Positions 24,195-33,113 of a stretch of 64,000 nt of DNA are shown piece after piece. The stretch is taken from positions 10,355-74,354 of the forward strand of contig CAMTUI010000011.1 in assembly GCA_947084985.1 (NCBI GenBank), read 5' to 3'. The notes beneath the pieces are model-generated. The model saw only the letters and a program-made list of their open reading frames with translations. It searched no databases and was not told where the DNA came from. Numbering within the stretch: the first letter of the stretch is position 1; the number at the start of each line of letters is the position of its first letter. Made by a program: the position numbers and the translations under genes. Origin of the DNA: Methanobacteriota archaeon. Lineage in GTDB: Archaea; Thermoplasmatota; Thermoplasmata; RBG-16-68-12.

Positions 24195-25379
24195 ATGGCT
24201 CGTTTCCGATTCGGATGCAGTGGCTGGGACTACCAGGAGTGGATCGGGCCTTTCTACCGAAGCGCGAGCGAGTCGAAGCTCCGCGCCTATTCCCGCGTCT
24301 TCGACACGGCGGAGATCAACTCGACGTTCTACCGCGCCCCGGACCCGGGCATGGTGCAGGGGTGGGCCCGCTTCACACCGGAGGAGTTCGTTTTCGCGGC
24401 AAAGGTCCCGCAGACCGTCACACACGACCGACTGGTCGACGTGGCGAAAGGCGCGGACAAGGACCTCCTGGCCTTCTGCGAACTGATGCGGCCCCTCCTC
24501 GACGCGGGCAAGCTGGGCCCTCTCCTCCTGCAGCTGCCGCCGCGGCTGCGGTTCGTCGAGCCGACGATCCACCGGTTCCTCGACCACCTGCCGCGCGACT
24601 TTGCGTTCGCCCTCGAGCCGCGGAACAAGTCCTGGATGACGATGGAGGCCTTCGACCTGCTCCGATCGACGGGGGTCGCGTACACGATTGTCGACGAGCC
24701 GCTCTTGCCGCCGGACCTGCACGTGACCGCCCCAATCGCGTACCTCCGCTGGCACGGCCACGGGACGGACCCGTGGTACAACTACCGCTACTCGGAGGAC
24801 GAACTGAAGACTTGGGTCCCGCGCGTCGAGCAGGTGGCGTCCCAGGCGGGCACGGTCTACGGTTTCTTCAACAACCACTACCACGGGTACGCGCCGGAGA
24901 ACTGCCTTCAGGTCCTCCGGATGCTGGGAATCCAGAATCAGGAACACTCGAGGGCCCTGCAGCGGATCGCATCCTTCCGGAGACAGGCAACCCGCGAGGA
25001 AGTGCGGCTCAAGGCCCTCACCCTCGAGGACTTCGGGGCCGACGTGCCCTCCGACTCGAAGGTGATCGGCGCCCTCGGACGGTTCATGGATGCGAACCGC
25101 CTCGAGCGGGCGAAGCGTATCGATCCGCGGGACGTCGAGATCACCCGCGACGGCGGACAGGTCCTCGCGAGGGTCAAGGAATATCGCGTCGAGCTCGATC
25201 CCGTCGCGCGGACAATCGTCCATGACTGCGAGGACTGGTCGAAGACCGCATCGCGCAAAGACTTCTGCAAGCACGTCGGGCGGTTCTTCCTGAGTCTGCC
25301 TCGCGAAGAAGCCGTCACCTATCTGGAGGCCATCGCCGCAGACCGAGACGGGTGGTCCTTCACCTTGCCTGCGACATGA
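24195..25379 (+). CDS. DUF72 family protein with C-terminal SWIM-like zinc finger
   Basis: FGCSGWDYQEW..FDTAEINSTFYR..FVFAAKVPQ..YLRWHG..FFNNHY is DUF72. The C-terminal YRVELDPVARTIVHDCEDW..FCKHVGRFFL resembles a SWIM CxCxnCxH finger with His replacing the first Cys. A TATA-like ctatacgataatg lies about 30 nt upstream. Confidence 0.75.
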   Translation: MARFRFGCSGWDYQEWIGPFYRSASESKLRAYSRVFDTAEINSTFYRAPDPGMVQGWARFTPEEFVFAAKVPQTVTHDRLVDVAKGADKDLLAFCELMRPLLDAGKLGPLLLQLPPRLRFVEPTIHRFLDHLPRDFAFALEPRNKSWMTMEAFDLLRSTGVAYTIVDEPLLPPDLHVTAPIAYLRWHGHGTDPWYNYRYSEDELKTWVPRVEQVASQAGTVYGFFNNHYHGYAPENCLQVLRMLGIQNQEHSRALQRIASFRRQATREEVRLKALTLEDFGADVPSDSKVIGALGRFMDANRLERAKRIDPRDVEITRDGGQVLARVKEYRVELDPVARTIVHDCEDWSKTASRKDFCKHVGRFFLSLPREEAVTYLEAIAADRDGWSFTLPAT

Positions 25380-25456
25380 TCGAAGCAACGCGATCAGGCA
25401 TCTGGCCTGTGATTTGTGACACGGCCGGGCAGGCGCCGGTCCCCAGGGCCACGCGG

Positions 25457-25468
25457 GAAAAGGTTAAC
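25457..25468 (+). promoter_or_regulatory. BRE/TATA-like box (gaaaaggttaac) upstream of fen1
   Basis: It is centred about 29 nt upstream of the ATG at 25494. The same AAAGGTT(T)WA pattern recurs upstream of other genes at 58137 and 61461. Confidence 0.45.
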
Positions 25469-25493
25469 GGGGGACGTCGATGCGGCGACGACC

Positions 25494-26513
25494 ATGGGCG
25501 TTCGCCTCACGCCGATCATGATCCGCCACCCGACGACACTCGAGGCGCTACGGGGCCGCACGGTGGCCGTGGACGGCAACCTCGAACTCTACCAGTTCCT
25601 CTCGGTCATGCGCACCCGGGACGGTCTGCCGCTACAAGACTCGAAGGGACGCATTACGTCCCACCTAAGCGGCCTCCTGTTCCGGACGACGCGTCTGATC
25701 GCAGACTACGACATCCGCCCCGTCTTCGTCTTCGACGGGCCGCCGCCGCAACTGAAGCGGGACGAAATCCGCAAGAGGCGCGAAGCGCGGGAGAAGTCAC
25801 AGCGGGAGTATGAGGCCGCGGTGGCCGCGGGCGATCATGCGGCCGCATGGTCCAAGGCGGTGATGACGTCGCGGCTCACGCGGCCCATGGTGGAGGAGGC
25901 GAAGTCCCTGCTCTCGTTCCTCGGGATTCCGTGGGTTCAGGCGCCGAGCGAGGGGGAAGCCCAGGCCGCGTTCCTCGCGCGCCGCGGCGACGTCTGGGCC
26001 GCGAGCTCGAAGGATTACGACTCTCTCCTCTTCGGGGCGCCTAGGCTCGTGCGTCTCCTCGCGATCGGCGGTAAGGAGTTCCTGCCGAGTCGAGGTCGTT
26101 CGCGTTCCGTGCCGCCGGAGATCCTTGACCTCGACGAAAACCTGACGGCCCTCCGCCTCACTCGCGAGCAGCTGATCGACGTGGCGGTCCTCGTCGGCAC
26201 GGACTTCAACGAGGGCGTACAGGGCATCGGTCCGAAGACGGCAGTGAAGCACGTGCGCGAGTGGGGCTCCCTTGACGACGCCCCGCCCGACGTGCGAGCT
26301 CACCTTCCGCCGAACATCGCCGCGATTCGGTCGTTCTTCCTCAATCCGCCCGTGACGACGGAGGTCGACGTTCGGATGACGCCGGCTCATCTCGATCAAG
26401 CGCTGCGGTTCCTGTGCGACGAACGGGACTTTGCGCGTCCGCGGGTGGAATCCGCGTTCTCCCGGCTCCGCTCCGCCGCTCCGGCAACTCGGCGCCTGGA
26501 GGATTTCGGCTGA
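25494..26513 (+). CDS. fen: Flap endonuclease 1
   Basis: MGVRLTPI..LRGRTVAVDGNLELYQFLS, the SEGEAQAA motif, the H3TH GTDFNEG.QGIGPKTA, and a C-terminal PIP-like tail are present. The internal ATG is chosen over the track start at 25416. Confidence 0.93.
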   Translation: MGVRLTPIMIRHPTTLEALRGRTVAVDGNLELYQFLSVMRTRDGLPLQDSKGRITSHLSGLLFRTTRLIADYDIRPVFVFDGPPPQLKRDEIRKRREAREKSQREYEAAVAAGDHAAAWSKAVMTSRLTRPMVEEAKSLLSFLGIPWVQAPSEGEAQAAFLARRGDVWAASSKDYDSLLFGAPRLVRLLAIGGKEFLPSRGRSRSVPPEILDLDENLTALRLTREQLIDVAVLVGTDFNEGVQGIGPKTAVKHVREWGSLDDAPPDVRAHLPPNIAAIRSFFLNPPVTTEVDVRMTPAHLDQALRFLCDERDFARPRVESAFSRLRSAAPATRRLEDFG

Positions 26514-26620
26514 GGCTCGGACGCCGCTCGAACCGCCGCTCGAAACGGTTAACTACGCGGACCCTGATTCCGCCGCGTCCTGCCTGTGGGAGTTGAAGGC
26601 GGACTAGGAGGAGAGGGACT

Positions 26621-28333
26621 TTGAACAGGAGAACGCTTTACGCGATTGTCGGCATCGTGATCGCGATCATCGTAGTCGGGGCGGTCGTGGCGGTCTATCT
26701 CATTCCGCCGGCACCGCGGCCCTCCGTACTGGTGGTCGGCACAACGGAGCGCGAGGAGACGCTAGACCCAGCGGACGCGTACAACTACATGTCCGTGAAT
26801 CTGCTGCAGAACACGCTGGCCACCTTGCTGACGTACAGCGAGACCGGCGACGGGTCTCTGCGGCCGATGCTGCTCACGGAGGTCCCGACCGTCGCGAACG
26901 GCGGGGTCAGTACGGACGGTCTCACGTACACGCTGCGGCTCCGATCGGGCGCGACGTTCCAGGACGGGACGGCCATCACGGCGGACACGGTCAAATACTC
27001 GATTGACCGCTCCGTGAAGGCGAAGCTCGACCCCGTCGCCCAAGAGGACCGTCTCCCGGTGCCGTCCTTCCTGCTCGACGCAATCGATGGCGCGAACGCC
27101 TACTTCACGACTTACACGGCTTTCGTCGAAGGAACTGCGACGCAGGCGGAGGTCGACGCCGCGTGGACGGACTACACGCAGAGCGGAGTCGAGGTTGTCA
27201 ACCCCACAACGGTCCGGATCCACATGGGTCGCGTCTGGTCCCCGATGGCCCTCATGCTTGCCTTCACGAGCGTCGCCCCGGTGAATCCGAACGTGTACGT
27301 GGTGGACGCCTTCAAGCCGCAGGCCACAGACATTTCCGCGAGCGGTCCGTATAAGGTCGATGCGTTTGTCCCCGGTGAGCGCGCCGAGTTCGTCCGGAAC
27401 GAACGCTACTTCGGTCAGCCGGCGATCATGGAGCGCGTCGTGATTCGGTTCTACCGCGATGCACCGGCCCTCGCGCTCGCGATGCGGAGCGGGGAGATTG
27501 ACATCGCGTACCGGAACCTGAACCCGGAGGACTTCAACGAATTCAGCGCCGACGCGGCGTTCCGCGCGGAGGAAGGTCCGAGTGCCGTCATCCGGTACAT
27601 CGTCTTCAACAACAACTCGGCGAAGTTCAGCGATGTGCTGGTCCGCCGAGCCCTCGCGTACGCGGTCAACCGCGATTCGATCGTGCAGACCGTCTTCCTG
27701 AACTCGACGGCGCCCCTCTACAGCCTGATCCCCGAGGGCATGTTCGGACACGTGCCCGTGTTCGAGCAGCGCTATCCGAGGAACCTGGCCACGGCGCAGG
27801 CCCTCCTGACGCAGGCGGGATACTCCACGGCGAGCAAGCTCAGCATGACGTTGTGGTACACCCCGGAGCGCTACGGGACCACGGAAGCCGATGTCGCCCA
27901 GCTGATCAAGATCGCGTGGGAAGCGACCGGGATGGTCACCGTGACCTTGAACAGCCAGGAATGGACCACCTACCGCCAGAGCTTCCGCACCGGCCTGTTC
28001 GAGGTGTTCCTACTCGGCTGGTTCCCGGACTACCTGGACCCGGACAACTACGTGACGCCGTTCCTCCACTACTCCTCGGGCGGCACGACGAGCTTCGGGT
28101 CGTGGTACCGGAACGATACGCTGGACGGCCTGATTGAACTGCAGGCGACACAGGGGATCCAGAGTACGGAGCGGGCGCAAACCCTCTCGGAGATCCAGGA
28201 TGTCTTGGCCGACGACGTGCCCTACCTGCCGCTCTGGCAGACAACCCAGCAGGTCGTGTACAAGCCGAGCGTCTCTGGTGTCGTACTGGACGCGTCCCAG
28301 TTCTTCCGGTACTTCACGCTCCGGGTGAGCTAG
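26621..28333 (+). CDS. ABC transporter substrate-binding protein, family 5 (Opp/Dpp peptide/nickel type), N-terminal TM anchor
   Basis: 570 aa with the N-terminal anchor LYAIVGIVIAIIVVGAVVAVYLI. It has the SBP_bac_5-like core (FQDGTAITADTVKYSIDR, YFGQPAIMERVVIRF). GGAGG precedes the TTG start. Confidence 0.85.
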   Translation: MNRRTLYAIVGIVIAIIVVGAVVAVYLIPPAPRPSVLVVGTTEREETLDPADAYNYMSVNLLQNTLATLLTYSETGDGSLRPMLLTEVPTVANGGVSTDGLTYTLRLRSGATFQDGTAITADTVKYSIDRSVKAKLDPVAQEDRLPVPSFLLDAIDGANAYFTTYTAFVEGTATQAEVDAAWTDYTQSGVEVVNPTTVRIHMGRVWSPMALMLAFTSVAPVNPNVYVVDAFKPQATDISASGPYKVDAFVPGERAEFVRNERYFGQPAIMERVVIRFYRDAPALALAMRSGEIDIAYRNLNPEDFNEFSADAAFRAEEGPSAVIRYIVFNNNSAKFSDVLVRRALAYAVNRDSIVQTVFLNSTAPLYSLIPEGMFGHVPVFEQRYPRNLATAQALLTQAGYSTASKLSMTLWYTPERYGTTEADVAQLIKIAWEATGMVTVTLNSQEWTTYRQSFRTGLFEVFLLGWFPDYLDPDNYVTPFLHYSSGGTTSFGSWYRNDTLDGLIELQATQGIQSTERAQTLSEIQDVLADDVPYLPLWQTTQQVVYKPSVSGVVLDASQFFRYFTLRVS

Positions 28334-28413
28334 GGCGCGAATCGGAGGGCGGCCGAAACCCGCCCTCCCCAAACCCTTTTACATTTTCTCGCATTGACGA
28401 GACTAGGCCATCG

Positions 28414-29448
28414 GTGCCCCCCATGCCACGGACGCAGAGTTCTCTCCGCGCCTACGTGATTCAGCGTCTCCTCCTCACAGGACCGATGATCCTGATCATC
28501 CTGACCCTCGTCTTCTACTTCCTGCGTGCCGCTCCCGGGGATCCCGTCGGGGCGATCCTCGGCGAGCGGAGCGGCCCGTTCGCGGACACGATCCGTCGTC
28601 AGCTCGGTCTGTACGATCCGCTGTACGTTCAGTACTTCGACTACCTTCGTCGGATCTTCACGGGGGACATGGGGACCTCGATCATCACCCAACGTCCCGT
28701 CGCGCAAGACATAGCGCAGCGGCTGCCAGCGACGATCGAACTCGCGGTGTCGAGCATGATCGTAGCGGTCGTCGTGGGGATCCTCCTGGGCGTCGTCTCT
28801 GCCACGCGCCGTGACCGACCCGCGGACATCGGCGCGCGACTGGTCGCCGCGGTAATGTACAACACTCCAATCTTCTGGTTCGGCATCATGATGCAGCTCG
28901 TCTTCGGAGTCACGCTCGGATGGTTCGACGTGGGCGGCCGCCTCGACGCGCGGAACTTCGCAGTGCCCCCGCGGGTGACGGGGATGTACACCGTGGACAG
29001 CCTGCTCGCGGGCCAGATCCACACGTTTTTCGACGCCGTGAAGCACTTGATCCTGCCCGCGACGACCCTCGGGCTCGTCCTGGCCGGATTCTTCGCGCGC
29101 ATGGTGCGCGCGAACATGCTCCAGTCCCTTCAATCGGACTACGTCGAAGCCGCCCGAGCGCGAGGCGTCCGACCGTTCGACGTGTTCTACCGCCACGCGC
29201 TCAAGAACGCGATGGTCCCCGTGGCCACGACGATGGGCCTCACGTTCGCGCTGCTGTTCAGCGGCGCAATCCTCACGGAGACCGTCTTCTCGTGGGAGGG
29301 AATCGGCCTGTACGTCTTCACAGCGATCTCGAACCGAGACTATCCTGCGCTTCAGGGCGCTGTGGTATACTATGCACTGATCATGGTTTTCCTTTCCGTG
29401 GCGATCGACATCTTCAACGCGTGGCTTGACCCGCGCATTCGATACTGA
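28414..29448 (+). CDS. Opp/Dpp ABC permease (OppB/DppB-like)
   Basis: YVIQRLLLTGPMILIILTLVFYFLRAAPGDPV and the EAA-like DYVEAARARGV are present. Confidence 0.88.
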   Translation: MPPMPRTQSSLRAYVIQRLLLTGPMILIILTLVFYFLRAAPGDPVGAILGERSGPFADTIRRQLGLYDPLYVQYFDYLRRIFTGDMGTSIITQRPVAQDIAQRLPATIELAVSSMIVAVVVGILLGVVSATRRDRPADIGARLVAAVMYNTPIFWFGIMMQLVFGVTLGWFDVGGRLDARNFAVPPRVTGMYTVDSLLAGQIHTFFDAVKHLILPATTLGLVLAGFFARMVRANMLQSLQSDYVEAARARGVRPFDVFYRHALKNAMVPVATTMGLTFALLFSGAILTETVFSWEGIGLYVFTAISNRDYPALQGAVVYYALIMVFLSVAIDIFNAWLDPRIRY

Positions 29449-29457
29449 GGGGCGAGG

Positions 29458-30354
29458 ATGGCGACTGCGACCGTGGACATTGGCCGGCGTTCAATGATGG
29501 GCCGGGCCTTGCACGTCTTCTGGGGCGAGTCGAGGAGCCTCGCGGGCGTACTCGTATGGATCGGCATCGGCATCGTCGTGGGATTCATCGTAATCGCGGT
29601 GTTCGCGCCCTGGCTGTCTCCCTACGATCCGAACGAACTCGCGGGGGCCCCGACCCAGCCGCCAAGCTCCGCTCACTGGTTCGGGACGAACCGCTTGGGC
29701 CAGGACGTTCTGAGCCGGGTCATCTGGGGCGCACGGGTGCCCCTCATGGTCGTTGCCCTGTCCTCGGTGATTGCCCTCGCGATCGGTGCGCCCGTCGGGC
29801 TGTTGTCCGGCTTCTACGCCGGTCCTCTGGACCGCGTTCTCGTCCTTGTGATGGACTCCATCTATGCGTTCCCAGGCCTGCTCCTTGCAATCGTCGTTGC
29901 GGCCGTCATCGGTCCCGGGATCGTGAACGTCTCTCTCGTGATCGCCCTCGTCTATGCACCGACGTACTTCCGCGTGATTCGAAACCACGTCGTCTCCGTC
30001 AAGGAGCAGCTGTTCGTGGAGGCCGCCGACGCACTCGCCCTGCCTCGCACGCGCGTCATCGCACGCTACATCCTCCCGAGCGTCGCACAGAGCATCCCAG
30101 TGATTTTCTCGGTGAGCGCCGCCGACGCGATCCTGACGCAGGCTGGCCTCAGCTTCCTGGGGCTCGGCCTGCCCGTTGACATCCCCGACTGGGGGCTCGA
30201 CGTGAGCCGGTACGCGGGGCTCATCCGGACGATGTGGTGGGCAGTATTCTTCCCCGGGATCATGATCATCACGCTCACAACGGCGCTTGCGTTCATCTCG
30301 GAGGGGCTTAACGATATCTTGAACCCGCTCCTCCGCAGGAGGGAGGCGCGTTGA
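29458..30354 (+). CDS. Opp/Dpp ABC permease (OppC/DppC-like)
   Basis: HWFGTNRLGQDVLSRVIWGARV and FVEAADALALPRTRVIARYILP are present. Confidence 0.88.
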   Translation: MATATVDIGRRSMMGRALHVFWGESRSLAGVLVWIGIGIVVGFIVIAVFAPWLSPYDPNELAGAPTQPPSSAHWFGTNRLGQDVLSRVIWGARVPLMVVALSSVIALAIGAPVGLLSGFYAGPLDRVLVLVMDSIYAFPGLLLAIVVAAVIGPGIVNVSLVIALVYAPTYFRVIRNHVVSVKEQLFVEAADALALPRTRVIARYILPSVAQSIPVIFSVSAADAILTQAGLSFLGLGLPVDIPDWGLDVSRYAGLIRTMWWAVFFPGIMIITLTTALAFISEGLNDILNPLLRRREAR

Positions 30355-31301
30355 CTCTCCTCGAGATCGAGGGGCTCAACGTCACGTATGCGTCAAAGGC
30401 GGGCCCGATCCGCGCCGTTGCGGACGTCGACGTGTCGCTCGACGCCGGCCAGACGCTGGGCCTCGTGGGCGAGAGTGGTTGCGGTAAGAGCACCTTCGGG
30501 AAAGCGATCCTCCGGGTGTTGCCGGAGACGGCGACAGTCGACGGCTCGATCCGCTTCGGGGGGAAGGACCTCGCGAAGGCAAGCGAAGGGGAGATGCAGG
30601 GGGTCCGCGGCCGGGACGTTTCCCTGATCTTCCAGGATCCCATGACGCGGCTCGACCCGCTCATGACGGTCCGCGAGCATTTCATCGAGCTCATCCGCGC
30701 GCACCAGCCCGACGTCGAGGACGACGAGGCCGTCGAGAGGGCCCGACGGGTCCTCACGGCCGTCCGAATCCCGCCGGACCGGGAGGACCAATATCCCCAC
30801 GAGTTTTCCGGCGGGATGCGGCAGCGGATCATGATTGCGCTCGCCCTCGCCTTCAATCCGACCCTCCTCATCGCAGACGAGCCGACGACCTCCCTCGACG
30901 TGATCGTGGAAGCGCAGATCCTGCAGCTACTCGACTCGATCAAGAAGGACTTCGAGATGGGAGTCGTCCTCATCACGCACAACCTCGGCCTCGTCGCGGA
31001 GTATGCGGACGAAATGGCTGTCATGTACGCGGGGCGGATCGTCGAGCGCGGGACGGTCCACGAGGTCTTCAAGGAGCCGTTGCATCCGTACACGCAGGGC
31101 CTCCTTGCCTCCGTAATCGACCTCGACACGACGGAACTCCACTCGATCCCGGGCCAGCCACCGGACCTCTTGAACCCGCCGAGTGGCTGCCCGTTCCACC
31201 CGCGCTGCCCGATGGTTATGCCCCACTGTTCGGGCGAGATCCCGCCGACGACTCACCCGAGGCCGGGCCGATCCGTCGCGTGCTACCTGCATCCGGGATG
31301 A
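30351..31301 (+). CDS. Opp/Dpp ABC ATP-binding protein (OppD/DppD-like)
   Basis: Walker A GESGCGKST, signature FSGGMRQR, Walker B LIADEPTTSLD, and the C-terminal CPFHPRCP motif are present. Confidence 0.9.
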   Translation: MTLLEIEGLNVTYASKAGPIRAVADVDVSLDAGQTLGLVGESGCGKSTFGKAILRVLPETATVDGSIRFGGKDLAKASEGEMQGVRGRDVSLIFQDPMTRLDPLMTVREHFIELIRAHQPDVEDDEAVERARRVLTAVRIPPDREDQYPHEFSGGMRQRIMIALALAFNPTLLIADEPTTSLDVIVEAQILQLLDSIKKDFEMGVVLITHNLGLVAEYADEMAVMYAGRIVERGTVHEVFKEPLHPYTQGLLASVIDLDTTELHSIPGQPPDLLNPPSGCPFHPRCPMVMPHCSGEIPPTTHPRPGRSVACYLHPG

Positions 31302-33073
31302 TCATGGCCGACATCCTCGTGAGGGTGCGGGACCTCAAAGTGCACTACCCACTCTTCAAGGGTTTCGTGGAGAGGCTGCTCGGAGGTGGCGCTCGTTTCG
31401 TCCACGCGGTCGACGGCATTTCCTTCCAAGTCCAGCGTGGGGAGATCTTCGGGCTCGTCGGAGAAAGCGGGTGCGGGAAGAGCACCGCGGGCCGGGCACT
31501 GATGGGCCTGACGCCGATCACGTCTGGGGAGATCGTACTCGAGTTCCCGACATCGGACGGGTCGCCTATTTTCGTGCGCCCGCGAGAACTGAAGATCGCT
31601 TGCGCGGTCTGGTGGGGACTCGCGGTAGCCTTCCTCGGGAACGCGGTGGCGTTCTGGCTCACGGGGCAATCCGTTTTGCCGCTCGGACTCATGGCGTCCG
31701 TCCCCGACTCGTACGTCGCGTCCCTCGCGGTCATCGGGACCCTGCAGGCGTTCCTCGGTGTCGCGATCTGGATGATGCGTCCCTTGTCCCGGCGTCCCGC
31801 GCGGGTTGTCGCCGGATTCGGCGCCCTCTTCTCCTTCTTCGCGCTCCCGTGGGGCCTCGTCTCCGTTGGGATCGAGGTGGCGGTCCTCGTGTACCTCGGG
31901 ACGCCGGACCCGACAGGCCTCCTTCGCCGCAGAGGCCGGCTGATCCCCACGACCCGCTTTCGGCTGGACGGGAAAGGCATCGTCGAGGGCGCGCCGAAGG
32001 ACGAGGCGGCTTCGAGGTTCGAGCGGTGGTTCGTTGGTCCGAGGGCCGTCAAGACGACGGGCTTCTCGTGGGTCCTTAAGCAGCTGCGAGGCAAGGTGCA
32101 GATGGTCTACCAGGATCCCCACGCGGCCTTGAATCCCGCTCTCACGATTGGGGAACTCCTCGCTCACGCCATCGAGGCCCACGCATCGGCGATCGATGGG
32201 TCGGTGGGCGGGTCTCGGGACCGGCGTGAGGAGATCAGCCAAGAGGCTCTCCGTCTCCTGGACGACGTTGGGCTCAGGCCTCCGGAGCAGTTCTACGTAA
32301 AGCTCGGCACGGACATCAGCGGCGGACAGAAGCAGCGAGTGGTGATCGCCCGTGCGCTGGCGCCGAGGCCCCTCCTCCTGGTGGCCGACGAACCCGTTGC
32401 GATGCTCGACATGAGCATCCGCGCGAAGGTGCTCGAACTCCTCCTCGACCTGAAGGGGAAGTACGGCCTGACGTACGTGTTCATCACGCACGATCTCGCG
32501 ACCGCGAAGCTCGTGTGCGACCGGATCGGGATCATGTACCTGGGCCGGATCGTGGAGATGGGCGAGTCCTCGCAAATCTACGCGGACCCGAAGCACCCGT
32601 ACACCCGCGCCCTCCTCCAAGCAATCCCTATCCCGGACCCGAGCCGGCGCGCGAGGAAGGTGATTCCGAAGGGTGAGGTCCCCGATGCCGTGTTCCCGCC
32701 GGCTGGATGTCGGTTCCACCCCCGGTGCCCCGTGGCGCTGTCCACGTGCGGCTGGGAAGGACGGGACTTCATCGACTACCTCGAGGAGCGGCGGATCGAC
32801 CCTGCGAGGCTGCACGAGGAGGAAGCCTCCCTCGGGGCTATTGACGCGTGGCATGCGGAGGACCTGGTCGCGACGCGTGCGGTCGCGAGGGACATGCCCG
32901 AGGCCCTCGTCGCTCGGATCCTCGACACATTGAAGGAGGCGCCGGATCCGCTTCGGGAGGCCGTTGAGGAGGTCGGGACCTCCTCGGGTGACGTCTTCGT
33001 GCGGTTCCGGCTGCCTGCGCGGCTCGAGCCGAAGGAGGTCGAAGGCCGCATGGTCGAATGTCTCCTGTACTGA
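31298..33073 (+). CDS. Opp/Dpp ABC ATP-binding protein (OppF/DppF-like) carrying a ~175-aa hydrophobic insertion and a second C-terminal insertion
   Basis: Walker A GESGCGKST, the Q-loop region VQMVYQDP, ISGGQKQR, Walker B LLVADEPVAMLD and CRFHPRCP are present. Between Walker A and the Q-loop lie 3-4 predicted TM helices (nt ~31544-32075). The start overlaps the OppD stop as ATGA. Confidence 0.85.
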   Translation: MIMADILVRVRDLKVHYPLFKGFVERLLGGGARFVHAVDGISFQVQRGEIFGLVGESGCGKSTAGRALMGLTPITSGEIVLEFPTSDGSPIFVRPRELKIACAVWWGLAVAFLGNAVAFWLTGQSVLPLGLMASVPDSYVASLAVIGTLQAFLGVAIWMMRPLSRRPARVVAGFGALFSFFALPWGLVSVGIEVAVLVYLGTPDPTGLLRRRGRLIPTTRFRLDGKGIVEGAPKDEAASRFERWFVGPRAVKTTGFSWVLKQLRGKVQMVYQDPHAALNPALTIGELLAHAIEAHASAIDGSVGGSRDRREEISQEALRLLDDVGLRPPEQFYVKLGTDISGGQKQRVVIARALAPRPLLLVADEPVAMLDMSIRAKVLELLLDLKGKYGLTYVFITHDLATAKLVCDRIGIMYLGRIVEMGESSQIYADPKHPYTRALLQAIPIPDPSRRARKVIPKGEVPDAVFPPAGCRFHPRCPVALSTCGWEGRDFIDYLEERRIDPARLHEEEASLGAIDAWHAEDLVATRAVARDMPEALVARILDTLKEAPDPLREAVEEVGTSSGDVFVRFRLPARLEPKEVEGRMVECLLY

Positions 33074-33113
33074 GGCCAAGGGCTTAAGTCCGCTCGGTCC
33101 TTGGGGGACCCCG

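Noticed and set aside
24063-25388. N-terminal 442 codons of the 756-aa minus-strand ORF 23118..25388.
   Set aside because: It is antisense to the DUF72-SWIM gene and R/P/E-rich. DUF72 homology on the minus strand starts only at the ATG at 24062.
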